Below, piece by piece: positions 10,433 to 19,427 of a stretch of DNA of 64,000 bases. Made by a program: the position numbers and the translations under genes. This DNA comes from an uncultured Methanosarcinales archaeon (lineage in GTDB: Archaea > Nanobdellota > Nanobdellia > Woesearchaeales > CAZYIM01), in NCBI GenBank assembly GCA_964647565.1, contig CAZYIM010000001.1, forward strand, positions 84,184-148,183, written 5' to 3'. The notes under the pieces are model-generated. The model saw nothing but the letters and a program-made list of their open reading frames with translations. It was not told where the DNA came from and did no database searches. How positions within the stretch are numbered: position 1 is the first letter of the stretch; each line of letters begins with the position of its first letter.

Positions 10433-10924
10433 ATGGAAATACCAACAATAGATGATTACATTGAAAAAGCAGAAGACCTTAAAAAAGAGAAAAGGTACAA
10501 GAAGATGGGAATATGGCAGAGACTTTGCTATGTAATGCCTAAAAAGGGCAAGTGCCATCTGTCTGGAAAGCACGGCACTGTAATCATCTATGACGAAGAA
10601 AGCCAGAGCTACAGGGATGCTATCTTATTTCATTTTGATAAACCAGAAGAATCATATAATTATAGATCACAGTATTTCCTTGCAGGAGAAAAGACCTTTA
10701 GTTTGGAAGGTTATAAGATAGATACTCCAATTATAAATAGAGAAGAAAGGGGGACTCCTAGTGAAGAAAATGTAAACAAATCTGTAGTGCATTTCCTCTA
10801 TTTCTTCCTTAATTTGTTTGAGGAGTTCAAATCACCTGTCATGCAGATAGGCCAGTTTGAGAACCGGTTTTTCCCCTTCCAATTCTACTCATTACGTACA
10901 GATAAGATACCGACAATAGAATGA
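10433..10924 (+). CDS. IPTIE-array paralogue 4
   Basis: MEIPTIDD...RTDKIPTIE. Confidence 0.85.
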   Translation: MEIPTIDDYIEKAEDLKKEKRYKKMGIWQRLCYVMPKKGKCHLSGKHGTVIIYDEESQSYRDAILFHFDKPEESYNYRSQYFLAGEKTFSLEGYKIDTPIINREERGTPSEENVNKSVVHFLYFFLNLFEEFKSPVMQIGQFENRFFPFQFYSLRTDKIPTIE

Positions 10925-10943
10925 AAATATATAAGGTGATAAA

Positions 10944-11516
10944 ATGCAACAAGCAATATTAAACGATTTTTATATGTTAATCATAGACCTGTCAGCAAAA
11001 GCAGAAGAAGAAAAGGAAAACAAGCCCAAGGGAAAAAAACAGCTAGGTTTTAAGTTTCTGAATAAGAAAGATGTTTCAAAATCTGAGACTAACGAAATTT
11101 CCAATAAGATTGATGAGCTGCTAAAAAATAAGAAATTTCTGCTAAAGACTGATTGGGTAACTTATGTTATAGCAGACGAAGAAACAAAGACCTATAGAAT
11201 TGCAGAATTTGACACAATCAAAGGCCAGCCATGCCCTTCAGGACATTTGGTCAATATGAATGATTACAAGCCGGATACAGAGATGTTTATCACAGGTTTC
11301 CCTTGTTCAGAATATCGAAAGGATGGCGGTCCAAAGAATAGGGAGTCAAATACATTAAATTTTTTCGAATCACTTTTAAAGATGCACAGAGCTGAGATTA
11401 TAGAGATAGGAACAAATGAGACATTAGTGTCTACCCAAGCAATAAAAAAAAGATTCTATCCTATGAAATTCTATGGTCAAAGAACAGACAGGATACCAAC
11501 AATAGAGGAGATCTAA
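10944..11516 (+). CDS. IPTIE-array paralogue 5 (longer N-terminus)
   Basis: Ends RTDRIPTIEEI; SD-like AGGTGA upstream. Confidence 0.85.
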   Translation: MQQAILNDFYMLIIDLSAKAEEEKENKPKGKKQLGFKFLNKKDVSKSETNEISNKIDELLKNKKFLLKTDWVTYVIADEETKTYRIAEFDTIKGQPCPSGHLVNMNDYKPDTEMFITGFPCSEYRKDGGPKNRESNTLNFFESLLKMHRAEIIEIGTNETLVSTQAIKKRFYPMKFYGQRTDRIPTIEEI

Positions 11517-12007
11517 TGAAAATGGAAGAACTATATATTGATGATGTGATTGAAAGGGCAAGAAAACTTCAAAAAGATAAGAAGATGAAGAAGAAAACAG
11601 TAGCGCAGCTTATACAGTCTGTATTGCCAACAGAAGGCCATCTCTATCTGTCAGGAGAGCTTGGGACTGTGATTATTTTCGACGATGAAAACAAGATCTA
11701 TAAAGAGGCTGTCTTGGATGTTCGAAAATGCCAACCACTTCCCGGCAATAAGATATTTAGTCTTGCTAATCACAAGTCCAACTCTCCTATAGAGACTGCT
11801 TATTATGATGCAGCAGGAAATTGGGGATATGATGATAAAGATCGCAGGTTACACGCCACAAGTCTAATATTATCCCTAAGGAAAGCACAACATGATTACG
11901 ACGGCCAGGTTATGGAATTTAGCCGGACCATTGGTGACAGTCATAATAGGCAGATATTATTCAAGACTTACATCCTAGACACAGGCAAGATACCAACAAT
12001 AGAATGA
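11516..12007 (+). CDS. IPTIE-array paralogue 6
   Basis: MEELYIDD...DTGKIPTIE. Confidence 0.85.
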   Translation: MKMEELYIDDVIERARKLQKDKKMKKKTVAQLIQSVLPTEGHLYLSGELGTVIIFDDENKIYKEAVLDVRKCQPLPGNKIFSLANHKSNSPIETAYYDAAGNWGYDDKDRRLHATSLILSLRKAQHDYDGQVMEFSRTIGDSHNRQILFKTYILDTGKIPTIE

Positions 12008-12573
12008 AAACACTTAAGATGGCAAAAATCAATCAGATCTATGGTTCATTGCTCGGATACAAGACAGGAAAGAAGTATCTGGAAAAGGATATCTCAGAGA
12101 TTAAATCACTTGACGATCTTTCAGATATGTCAGTTAAAATGTTCAACCAGAGAAAATTTCGTAAAAAGAAGATCAATAAAATCATGGAGATCTTGGTCCC
12201 AAAAGAAGAGGAGCTGCTGTTGAGCTGGAACGGTTCGACAATCATAATGTATGATAAAGAGCGAAAGAACATGTACACTGCTGCTCTTAATGTCGAGAGA
12301 TGTTGGCCATTGGTCACTGATCAGGTTGTAAACCTTGGCAATCATAGCCCCATCTCAGAGTTGAGCACTGAGATGTTCAAATGCAAGGATAGTATTATCG
12401 CAGGTTCCAATCATAAGAACTCTGTAAGATATGTCTTGAAACTGATGAACATAATGAAAAGATATAATGCTCCGTTCATCCAGATAAATGATCACAAGGG
12501 AGATAATTTTTATAGGCGTTTTGCAAGCAAGGCATATTATCTCAACACAGATAGGATTCCGACAATAGAATAG
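12004..12573 (+). CDS. IPTIE-array paralogue 7 (longer N-terminus)
   Basis: Ends NTDRIPTIE; ATGA overlap with paralogue 6. Confidence 0.85.
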   Translation: MKTLKMAKINQIYGSLLGYKTGKKYLEKDISEIKSLDDLSDMSVKMFNQRKFRKKKINKIMEILVPKEEELLLSWNGSTIIMYDKERKNMYTAALNVERCWPLVTDQVVNLGNHSPISELSTEMFKCKDSIIAGSNHKNSVRYVLKLMNIMKRYNAPFIQINDHKGDNFYRRFASKAYYLNTDRIPTIE

Positions 12574-12579
12574 GCGTAT

Positions 12580-13482
12580 TTAAGGCTGCACTGTTATCTC
12601 AGTCTTGACAGATGGGGTGGGGACTCTTATTGAAGGAGACAGGATTTTTTGTTTATAGGGTTTTGGTGGTATGGATGCAGAAAGATACCATTTTAGGTTA
12701 AAATTCTCACCAAATGTTGTTGGAACGACATCTGAAGGTATTCTTGTATCGATTGACACCGAGATCTGATCTTCTTCCTGCGGGATGTCCAGAACCTGCT
12801 TTATGGTGTCTAGGGTTGTATCATTATGATAGCCTTTTGCAACTGCACGTTCAACTGAATATAATTGCAGATGCAATTTGCTGTTGTGGGTTTTGGCCCT
12901 GTCTGTAATTTGTACTTTACCAGATATATTATCTCCACGATTAAATGCAGTCTTTTCGAGAATCAATTGGATCTCAAGATCTTTTGAAGTATAGGGTATT
13001 GGATAAAACTTATTGCGTTCTTCTTCTGGCTCATCTTGTTTCTTTTTTGGGGGAGGTTCCCTTTGTATAGTTATGCCAGAAACATCGACAAGATCAATTC
13101 GAAGAGGAATATCTGCTCGTGTTTTTAACTCATAACTTACAGATGCTTTTTTACCCTTATAGCTGGGAGTTATCTTTTCAGGCAGTTGGATTGAGAAATC
13201 TATCATGTGCACCCCTCTCTTAAAAAGCACATATTGATTCCACTCACCATTCTGGCGCTTCTTTACCACTGCTTCGAAAAGATTCATCCGAGTTGCCCAG
13301 ACCTCATTGATTTCCTTGTGTGTAGAACCTGTATAGATCTCTGTGATTTCTGTTCCTGTAAGCTTAAGGTCCAAATCCCTGATCATAAGTCTGTTGTTGA
13401 CATCGAACATCAATTGACCTGTTACACAGTCATTTGGAAGATATTCTTTCTTCTCAAGCAGTATCTCAAGTTTGTTTGCCAT
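12580..13482 (-). CDS. Arrestin-fold / Spo0M-like protein (two beta-sandwich modules)
   Basis: Internal duplication LEILLEKKEYLPNDCVTG / IQLILEKTAFNRGDNISG, L.G.E, FSIQLP...PSY.G...V.Y.L. Confidence 0.65.
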   Translation of the reverse strand: MANKLEILLEKKEYLPNDCVTGQLMFDVNNRLMIRDLDLKLTGTEITEIYTGSTHKEINEVWATRMNLFEAVVKKRQNGEWNQYVLFKRGVHMIDFSIQLPEKITPSYKGKKASVSYELKTRADIPLRIDLVDVSGITIQREPPPKKKQDEPEEERNKFYPIPYTSKDLEIQLILEKTAFNRGDNISGKVQITDRAKTHNSKLHLQLYSVERAVAKGYHNDTTLDTIKQVLDIPQEEDQISVSIDTRIPSDVVPTTFGENFNLKWYLSASIPPKPYKQKILSPSIRVPTPSVKTEITVQP

Positions 13483-13543
13483 GCTTAAAATAGAATGCGC
13501 TATAATTTAAATAAGTTTCTATCATAACCACTCAAAAGTAACA

Positions 13544-14326
13544 CTAAATCTCCTTTAACAACAGCTCTTCAGCAAGATGCAAGATGAACCTTAGGCTGTC
13601 CTTGAGCTTCTTTGTGTGCCACTTGGGAGCCCACTCCAACTCTGCGATGATGTCGCTGATGGCAAAGACAGAAGCCAATTCTACTTTGCGGTATTTTGCA
13701 ACTGCAAACAATGCAGAAGCCTCCATCTCAACAGTAAGCACTCCATCTTTTTTATACTGCAGCGTCTCATCAATAGTCTCCCTGTAAGGCGCATCTATTG
13801 TCCAACTGGTACCGCAGATGAACTTTTTCTTTTTTTCTTTTAGAAGTGTTTTTACTTTTTCAGTGAACTCTTTATCAGGAAACGCATATTTAGAAGGCTT
13901 GATATAGTGGTAAGAGGTCCCTTCATCTCTAATTGCTCTTTCACAGACAATGATATCACCTGCCTTCAGATTGGATTGAAGGCCGCCAGCAGCACCAATG
14001 GACATGAACTTTTTCACACCTAAAGCAATGAACTCTTCAAATACTGCAGACGCAACAGGAGCACCAATACCAAACCTGCCAACCGCAGCAATCTTTTTCC
14101 TTCTGCCTGGAAGATAACAAACTGTCGCACCAAATGCCTTGGTCTTCTTCACGCCCTTGAGTTTGCATATGTAGTTCATCAGGTTCCTGTCATAGCAAAG
14201 GATGACAGCTTCAGGAACCTTTAACAAGGCAAGTCTCAGGTCTATCTTCTTGTAATAGTTGACAAACTGTTTAGGCTCCAGAGTAGATTTTTTCAGATGT
14301 TTATCCTTGAAGTTTGGATACGCCAT
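13544..14326 (-). CDS. Nucleoside phosphorylase (PNP/UDP family 1)
   Basis: GIGAP, G.AGGL, RDEGTSYHY, WTIDAPYRET, VEMEASA, ISD. Confidence 0.92.
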   Translation of the reverse strand: MAYPNFKDKHLKKSTLEPKQFVNYYKKIDLRLALLKVPEAVILCYDRNLMNYICKLKGVKKTKAFGATVCYLPGRRKKIAAVGRFGIGAPVASAVFEEFIALGVKKFMSIGAAGGLQSNLKAGDIIVCERAIRDEGTSYHYIKPSKYAFPDKEFTEKVKTLLKEKKKKFICGTSWTIDAPYRETIDETLQYKKDGVLTVEMEASALFAVAKYRKVELASVFAISDIIAELEWAPKWHTKKLKDSLRFILHLAEELLLKEI

Positions 14327-14384
14327 TGCTCAGAAGGATTTTATTCTCTTAATAAAGTTTTTCAGAATTAGCAATAGCTCCTAG

Positions 14385-14996
14385 CTAGAGATCTTGATAG
14401 TTATGTTTTTCTCTCAGCATATCGATAGCAGAATCAACATGTTCAACAATAGAATCGTATGTTTTCCTGGAAAGGCCGATATTTGGAAAACCGTAGATGT
14501 CCTTTATGACAGAACAATCAGGCTGTTCATGCTTTTTCATCCTCGAATACATGATCCAGAGCCACTTCACCTTTTTAGGATCATTGACTTTTATTATCTC
14601 CCGAATCTCTTCATAATCATGCGCCCCACCTTGATAGAACCTGTTCTCTAGTTGGGAGCAGATAGCATCCACAGCGCCTGCTTTCATGGCATCTGTATCT
14701 GCATGATCATTGGGCTTGTTGAACATCTGATGATGATACTGGTTAATCTGATGGCACTCGATGGAGGGAAGCACATATTTCTCAAAGAAATCATGATTAT
14801 GGCTTCTGTACTGCATTGAAAGACCCTCTATTACAGGCCAGCTGAGCTTGCTGCCCTTGCCATCCAGATCATGAGGCCTCTGCGGATCACGGATACCGAC
14901 ATCCAGATGTTCGTAAAAGAACTCAACTCTGCATGAATGTTTAATTGTCTGCAAAATCCAGCTCCTTACTTCGTTTGTGCTAGGCTTTATAACCAT
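14385..14996 (-). CDS. Hypothetical protein, possible HD-like metal site
   Basis: H...HD...SKL...H..NQYHH...D pattern; start at MVIKP. Confidence 0.55.
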   Translation of the reverse strand: MVIKPSTNEVRSWILQTIKHSCRVEFFYEHLDVGIRDPQRPHDLDGKGSKLSWPVIEGLSMQYRSHNHDFFEKYVLPSIECHQINQYHHQMFNKPNDHADTDAMKAGAVDAICSQLENRFYQGGAHDYEEIREIIKVNDPKKVKWLWIMYSRMKKHEQPDCSVIKDIYGFPNIGLSRKTYDSIVEHVDSAIDMLREKHNYQDL

Positions 14997-15082
14997 ATGG
15001 GAAGGGAATATGATCTTAATTAAAGGTTTTTCGAAAAAATTAAGATAAATATATAAGTATAAACCCATTTCAATTTTCCAGT

Positions 15083-15469
15083 GTGTTAAAGACCAAATCA
15101 ATATTGGTTGAGCCAGATGAAGGGGATGGCTTGAGGATATGTGTAATGCGGAGTCTTCAGGGACTGAATCGAGTCAGAAGAAAATATAATATCCATTATG
15201 ATATGCATTTTAAATCGTTGGCACCATCAAAGGAATTGATGCAGCAATATGTTAAAGAAAAGAGCATTTCTTGGCAGGATTATGTTAATAGATACCATGC
15301 AGAAGTGCTTAAACTGCAGTTTGATCTGATACATCTGATATCACATATAGCTTTAGAAAAAGATATTACTCTACTATGTTCTGAACGTGAACCTAAATAC
15401 TGCCATAGGAAATTGCTTGCTGAAGAATGCAAGATATACAGGCCTGACCTGGAGGTGATTGTAAAATGA
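15083..15469 (+). CDS. DUF488/YeaO-like protein
   Basis: DGLRICVMR, LAPSKEL, ITLLCSE...CHR. Confidence 0.8.
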   Translation: MLKTKSILVEPDEGDGLRICVMRSLQGLNRVRRKYNIHYDMHFKSLAPSKELMQQYVKEKSISWQDYVNRYHAEVLKLQFDLIHLISHIALEKDITLLCSEREPKYCHRKLLAEECKIYRPDLEVIVK

Positions 15470-16116
15470 AACTTAAGAATGTAAATTTTGAAAACATGAG
15501 CGATCTCGGCTATGTACTGAGAAGACCGATGGATAACATCAAGTTCCCAGGGGCTAATGAAATGGTTAAGATCATGGAAAATGTTGAGCAGAAGATCACA
15601 GTGCATCTCTATTCTGTCTGGGGAGCGCGGAAAAGAAAGAGGCTTCAGGATTTTGACAACGACGTAAAGGCACAATTATACATAGCCATTGACAATGACC
15701 GGATCTATGCTGGCAGGGGAAGCGGTACTGGAAGCGGCACAAGAGAAGAACACAACCGCTTTATTGACGCTTTTCTTTCAAGGCCAGATTTACAGAAGGA
15801 TGTTCCGACAGCAATTTTAATAACAGGCTGGGGGAAGCACCTTGGATATTATTTCTATGAGCATTATGCATACCAGGATAATGTAATTGGATTCAACTGG
15901 GATATCAACTCAGATATTTCGATAAGAGACGCCCTAAAAGAGGCCAACTTACCCCGTTCATACACAGACTATTCTATTAACAAGAGCATATTCCGTAACA
16001 CAACCATCTTCTTTGAGAACAAGGGCGAGAAGGTATTGGTCTATAAGGCGCTAAGAGAGGATATTGTGACTAGGAAGTTCGATAAGACCATAGCCAAGAT
16101 GAGAGAGAATCCTTAA
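15466..16116 (+). CDS. Hypothetical protein
   Basis: 216-aa ORF with ATGA overlap to DUF488 gene. Confidence 0.65.
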   Translation: MKLKNVNFENMSDLGYVLRRPMDNIKFPGANEMVKIMENVEQKITVHLYSVWGARKRKRLQDFDNDVKAQLYIAIDNDRIYAGRGSGTGSGTREEHNRFIDAFLSRPDLQKDVPTAILITGWGKHLGYYFYEHYAYQDNVIGFNWDINSDISIRDALKEANLPRSYTDYSINKSIFRNTTIFFENKGEKVLVYKALREDIVTRKFDKTIAKMRENP

Positions 16117-16187
16117 ACTAGTTAATTCTTTTGTAACAGCTTAAGCTGAAATCTGAAAAGGTTAGATTAGTTATTCTTTCTAAACAA

Positions 16188-16352
16188 GATGCAGAAAAAT
16201 CCTACTCCGCTCAACTCGCTTTGCTCGTTGAACTACGCCGCACCAGTTGCGTTTACTTTGTAAACGACAATCCTAACGGCACTGAGAAATTACTTCGTAA
16301 TTTCTGGTGTCTCGTTCGTATACTCGGAGACAGCAACGGCTTTTTCTGCATC
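16188..16352. repeat. 165-bp intergenic multi-hairpin element closed by a 12-bp inverted repeat
   Basis: GATGCAGAAAAA (16188-16199) / TTTTTCTGCATC (16341-16352) enclosing several triloop hairpins. Confidence 0.7.
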
Positions 16353-16368
16353 AAGGAAGGTGATATAA

Positions 16369-16761
16369 ATGACAGTGGATCAATATGTAACCCAAGACTA
16401 TCCAATTGAATGCAAAGGAAGGGATGCAAATATGCAGGAGGTGCTTGATGAGGCTTTAGAAGTTACAGTACATATACACAAGAGCCCTGGCAGCAGCATG
16501 ATATCAAGCAATGTTGACTGTCCATATAATGTTGGCGGCCATGGAGACAGGTGCAAAGCCTCGCATCCAGATGTGCACAAGATAGGCCGAGGCGTTGGCT
16601 GCCCATACAGCTTTGACATCCCATATGCGCTCGAGTACTATCCTGAAGAAGAAATAAAAGAAAGAGAAACACTTAAGGCACTGCCATTTCCAGTTAAAAC
16701 AGAGCTGATCAGATGCCTGCCCGATGCATGCCAGACTCGATATAGACTACTGACGGATTAG
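16369..16761 (+). CDS. Cys/His-rich hypothetical protein
   Basis: SD AGGTGA upstream; CPY..GGHGDRC..SH....GCPY motif. Confidence 0.6.
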   Translation: MTVDQYVTQDYPIECKGRDANMQEVLDEALEVTVHIHKSPGSSMISSNVDCPYNVGGHGDRCKASHPDVHKIGRGVGCPYSFDIPYALEYYPEEEIKERETLKALPFPVKTELIRCLPDACQTRYRLLTD

Positions 16762-17020
16762 CTACGATCTCTGGAAGCTTGTCATAGGATGTTTGGACAA
16801 AATAGAAATTATCTAAAGCAGTTGTCTGCCCGGGAAATTTAAGATTATGCTTGCCAGGTTTTGCCTTGATGGACGCATTAAAATACATTCTTCTCACATC
16901 CACCTGCCCTATTTCCAGACCAACACCTTCGACCATTCCGTGGAAGGTATGGTTTATGTGAGCATCAACCTTATCACTTTCTAATGCTTCCAATACACTA
17001 TCATTTATTATACTATCCAT
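16709..17020 (-). CDS. Hypothetical protein
   Basis: SD AGGTGG upstream on minus strand. Confidence 0.55.
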   Translation of the reverse strand: MDSIINDSVLEALESDKVDAHINHTFHGMVEGVGLEIGQVDVRRMYFNASIKAKPGKHNLKFPGQTTALDNFYFVQTSYDKLPEIVANPSVVYIESGMHRAGI

Positions 17021-17072
17021 ATTACCACCTGAAAAACTGAGAAAAAATAATTATATTTAAATCCTTTGGAAA

Positions 17073-17504
17073 TCAATAGTTTTTCTTAAGAAAAGTAGGA
17101 GATATTTGTTTCCTTTCAGATACTACCGGAATAATGCCATTTTTTTCAAAATCCTGCTTGATTGCAACAGTGATTAATGTTTTTTGCATTCTTTCGCCAT
17201 AAACCAATCCGCAATTTATACCTACCTCAATTGGTTTATTGTCCTTATGGACACAGACAGTAGCTGTCGAATTTTGTAGATTAAGCCTTGTAGAATGATA
17301 GACAGTCATTTTTTCCCCATCAACAATATATGGCAAAGAAGTATTTATGTGGCGAGGTGAAACAATCTCTGTGTGTTCCATACCTAAAGCATTTCTGACA
17401 GTGGCATCAATATCGTCTGGATCGCCGTCTGCCCATGCAATAAATGCAGCTCTCATGCCGCCATTATCAAGCGGTTGGTAATGTACTAATTTTTCATCAA
17501 TCAT
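17073..17504 (-). CDS. Hypothetical protein
   Basis: Leaderless-type promoter (TATA 17525-17532). Confidence 0.6.
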   Translation of the reverse strand: MIDEKLVHYQPLDNGGMRAAFIAWADGDPDDIDATVRNALGMEHTEIVSPRHINTSLPYIVDGEKMTVYHSTRLNLQNSTATVCVHKDNKPIEVGINCGLVYGERMQKTLITVAIKQDFEKNGIIPVVSERKQISPTFLKKNY

Positions 17505-17615
17505 ATGTACTAGAAAAAAATGTCTTTATAAAGTTTGCGATTTTTTACCACTCATCAATGATAATAATTTCTGTGAACGGATAAATATTAATAAATAAAG
17601 AAAAAAAAGAGAAAA

Positions 17616-18302
17616 TTAAATGAGACCAACATCAGACAGTTGTTTCCACTCAGGATCTTTCATTTCTTCTGGAAGGTTATTATAACCAAGTACACGCTTC
17701 TCGATGACCAGGTTCTTACCCGTCTGGTTCCATCGATCATACCCGCCAACAAGTTCGGTCAGCTTAGGTTCTAAAAGTACAGGCACGACATCATTGTAAT
17801 CAGCACTATCAGACTTTCCAACACCCTGCGAATATGCTTGTGCAAGGGTTCCTACAACCCTATCAACAACTTCTGCAGGAAGTGCTTTATCTGCGTAAAC
17901 ATTGCATGATTTTTCCATAAAATATCTTGTACCATTTGGCGATTCCCTTTGACCACTCCATTCAGGTGCAAGAATGGTTATTTTTGCACCATATTCAGGC
18001 AGCTCAAATGAAACACTCTGAGACCAGATAGAACCATCTTCTGTTTTCACATTAAAAGAACTTACCTCAAGTGGTTTAAGCTCCCCTTTCTTAAAACCAA
18101 GGGTATCCCTGCTCGTTATTTGATTAACAACAGTCTGCAACAGAATCCCTGCAACCTGACGAGTATTCATTATCACGTTCAAGTCATCTATGCTCTTAAC
18201 ATCTTCTTTCGAATATTGGATTGGAAAGTCTTCATTCAAAGGGATTCTCATTTCAGGCAGATTCCTAAAATCTAATTTTTTTTTCATAAAGAGATTAACC
18301 AT
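17616..18302 (-). CDS. Hypothetical protein
   Basis: SD GAGGTGA and TATA 18357-18364 upstream. Confidence 0.65.
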   Translation of the reverse strand: MVNLFMKKKLDFRNLPEMRIPLNEDFPIQYSKEDVKSIDDLNVIMNTRQVAGILLQTVVNQITSRDTLGFKKGELKPLEVSSFNVKTEDGSIWSQSVSFELPEYGAKITILAPEWSGQRESPNGTRYFMEKSCNVYADKALPAEVVDRVVGTLAQAYSQGVGKSDSADYNDVVPVLLEPKLTELVGGYDRWNQTGKNLVIEKRVLGYNNLPEEMKDPEWKQLSDVGLI

Positions 18303-18397
18303 TTTAAATTTTCACCTCAATTTTTAAACCTATTTATATCAATATGTTATTTAATCTTTATAAAGTTTTCGGTTTTTTACCACTGGATAGTAGAAAC

Positions 18398-19063
18398 TTA
18401 CTCGAACTCTATCGCACCCTTGAGAAAGACACCTTTGTCCAATCTAACAGGCCTCCATTTGTCAAGAATCAGCTTGGCATCAAGCCAGTCTGCGAGCTCC
18501 TGCGGATTGCCTATAGTGGCAGAAAGTGCAACCAGTTGAAGTTTGGGAAGCAACTGCCTCAATAATGTCATGACCACTTCCAGAGTAGGCCCTCTTCCAT
18601 GATCGTTCAGCAAATGCACTTCATCGATAACAACCACTTTTAAGTTCTGGATCCATGCAGCCTTGTGTCTCATCAACGAATCCAGTTTCTCACTTGTTGC
18701 AATAATCAGGTCATAGTTCTTCAGGTATGAATCTGCGCTGTCAATATCTCCAGAGCTGATAGCCACCTTGAAATCCTTGCCATATAATCTCTGGAATTCT
18801 TTGTACTTTTCAGATGCCAAAGCTCTCAATGGTACAACATAGACTGCCTTGCCTTTATCGTGATAGATTGCATTAAGGATCGCTAGCTCTGCAACCAATG
18901 TCTTGCCTGATGCAGTCGGCGTGCAGACAACCAGGTTCTTGTCCTTGAATAATCCTGCATTAATGGATTTAGTCTGGCAAGGCCTCAGAGTCTTAAAGCC
19001 TCTCTTGGAAAGAACAGAGTATATCTTAGCAGGTATCTTTTTTTTATACTTTGAGAGCTGCAT
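18398..19063 (-). CDS. Ski2/Hel308-like helicase, N-terminal RecA-like domain only
   Basis: Q-motif LRPCQ, PTASGKT, PLRALASEK, DEVH, LSAT, WRPV; stops at 221 aa. Confidence 0.85.
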   Translation of the reverse strand: MQLSKYKKKIPAKIYSVLSKRGFKTLRPCQTKSINAGLFKDKNLVVCTPTASGKTLVAELAILNAIYHDKGKAVYVVPLRALASEKYKEFQRLYGKDFKVAISSGDIDSADSYLKNYDLIIATSEKLDSLMRHKAAWIQNLKVVVIDEVHLLNDHGRGPTLEVVMTLLRQLLPKLQLVALSATIGNPQELADWLDAKLILDKWRPVRLDKGVFLKGAIEFE

Positions 19064-19157
19064 AGATAATGAAAATCAATGTATGGTTTAAAATTTATTG
19101 GTTTTTAAGCGAAAAATTTATATTATATAAGTATATACCATAGTATAAATATATAAA

Positions 19158-19427
19158 ATGCAAAAGCAAGTATTACATTATCCCAGATTGGACACAATCT
19201 TGAACGTGGAGAATGTTGTTAAACAGGCAAAAGAGCCTCTCTCAAAAAACGAGATAGATAGACGGCTAAAAAAGAAGATCATGCGACCAACCCTTAATCT
19301 TATTCTGAACTATCTGGAAGAGTCCGGAAAAATCGCCATACTCGAAGAAGGCATAATATGGATTTTCCGGGAAGACATCAGTAAGACACTTAAAGCCAAG
19401 CTTCGAAAAGGAGTTAATGTCCTTTAA
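19158..19427 (+). CDS. Winged-HTH protein, putative antitoxin
   Basis: HYPRLDT..., LNYLEESGKI; overlaps next gene. Confidence 0.6.
   Translation: MQKQVLHYPRLDTILNVENVVKQAKEPLSKNEIDRRLKKKIMRPTLNLILNYLEESGKIAILEEGIIWIFREDISKTLKAKLRKGVNVL

Larger units (their letters stand above)
9464..12569 (+). repeat. Nine copies of 14-mer ATACCAACAATAGA at gene junctions
   Basis: Exact at 9464, 9919, 9945, 10413, 10439, 11493, 11990; 1 mismatch at 10907; 2 mismatches at 12556. Confidence 0.9.

Noticed and set aside
9464..12569. CRISPR array interpretation of the 14-mer repeats
   Set aside because: Repeats are short, about 450-590 bp apart, lie inside ORFs, and no cas genes are present
9014..12573. Diversity-generating retroelement or integron
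   Set aside because: No reverse transcriptase, no adenine-specific TR/VR pair, no integrase or attC-like palindromes seen
16221..16409. 62-aa TTG-start ORF
   Set aside because: Runs through the palindromic element and overlaps the better-supported gene at 16369
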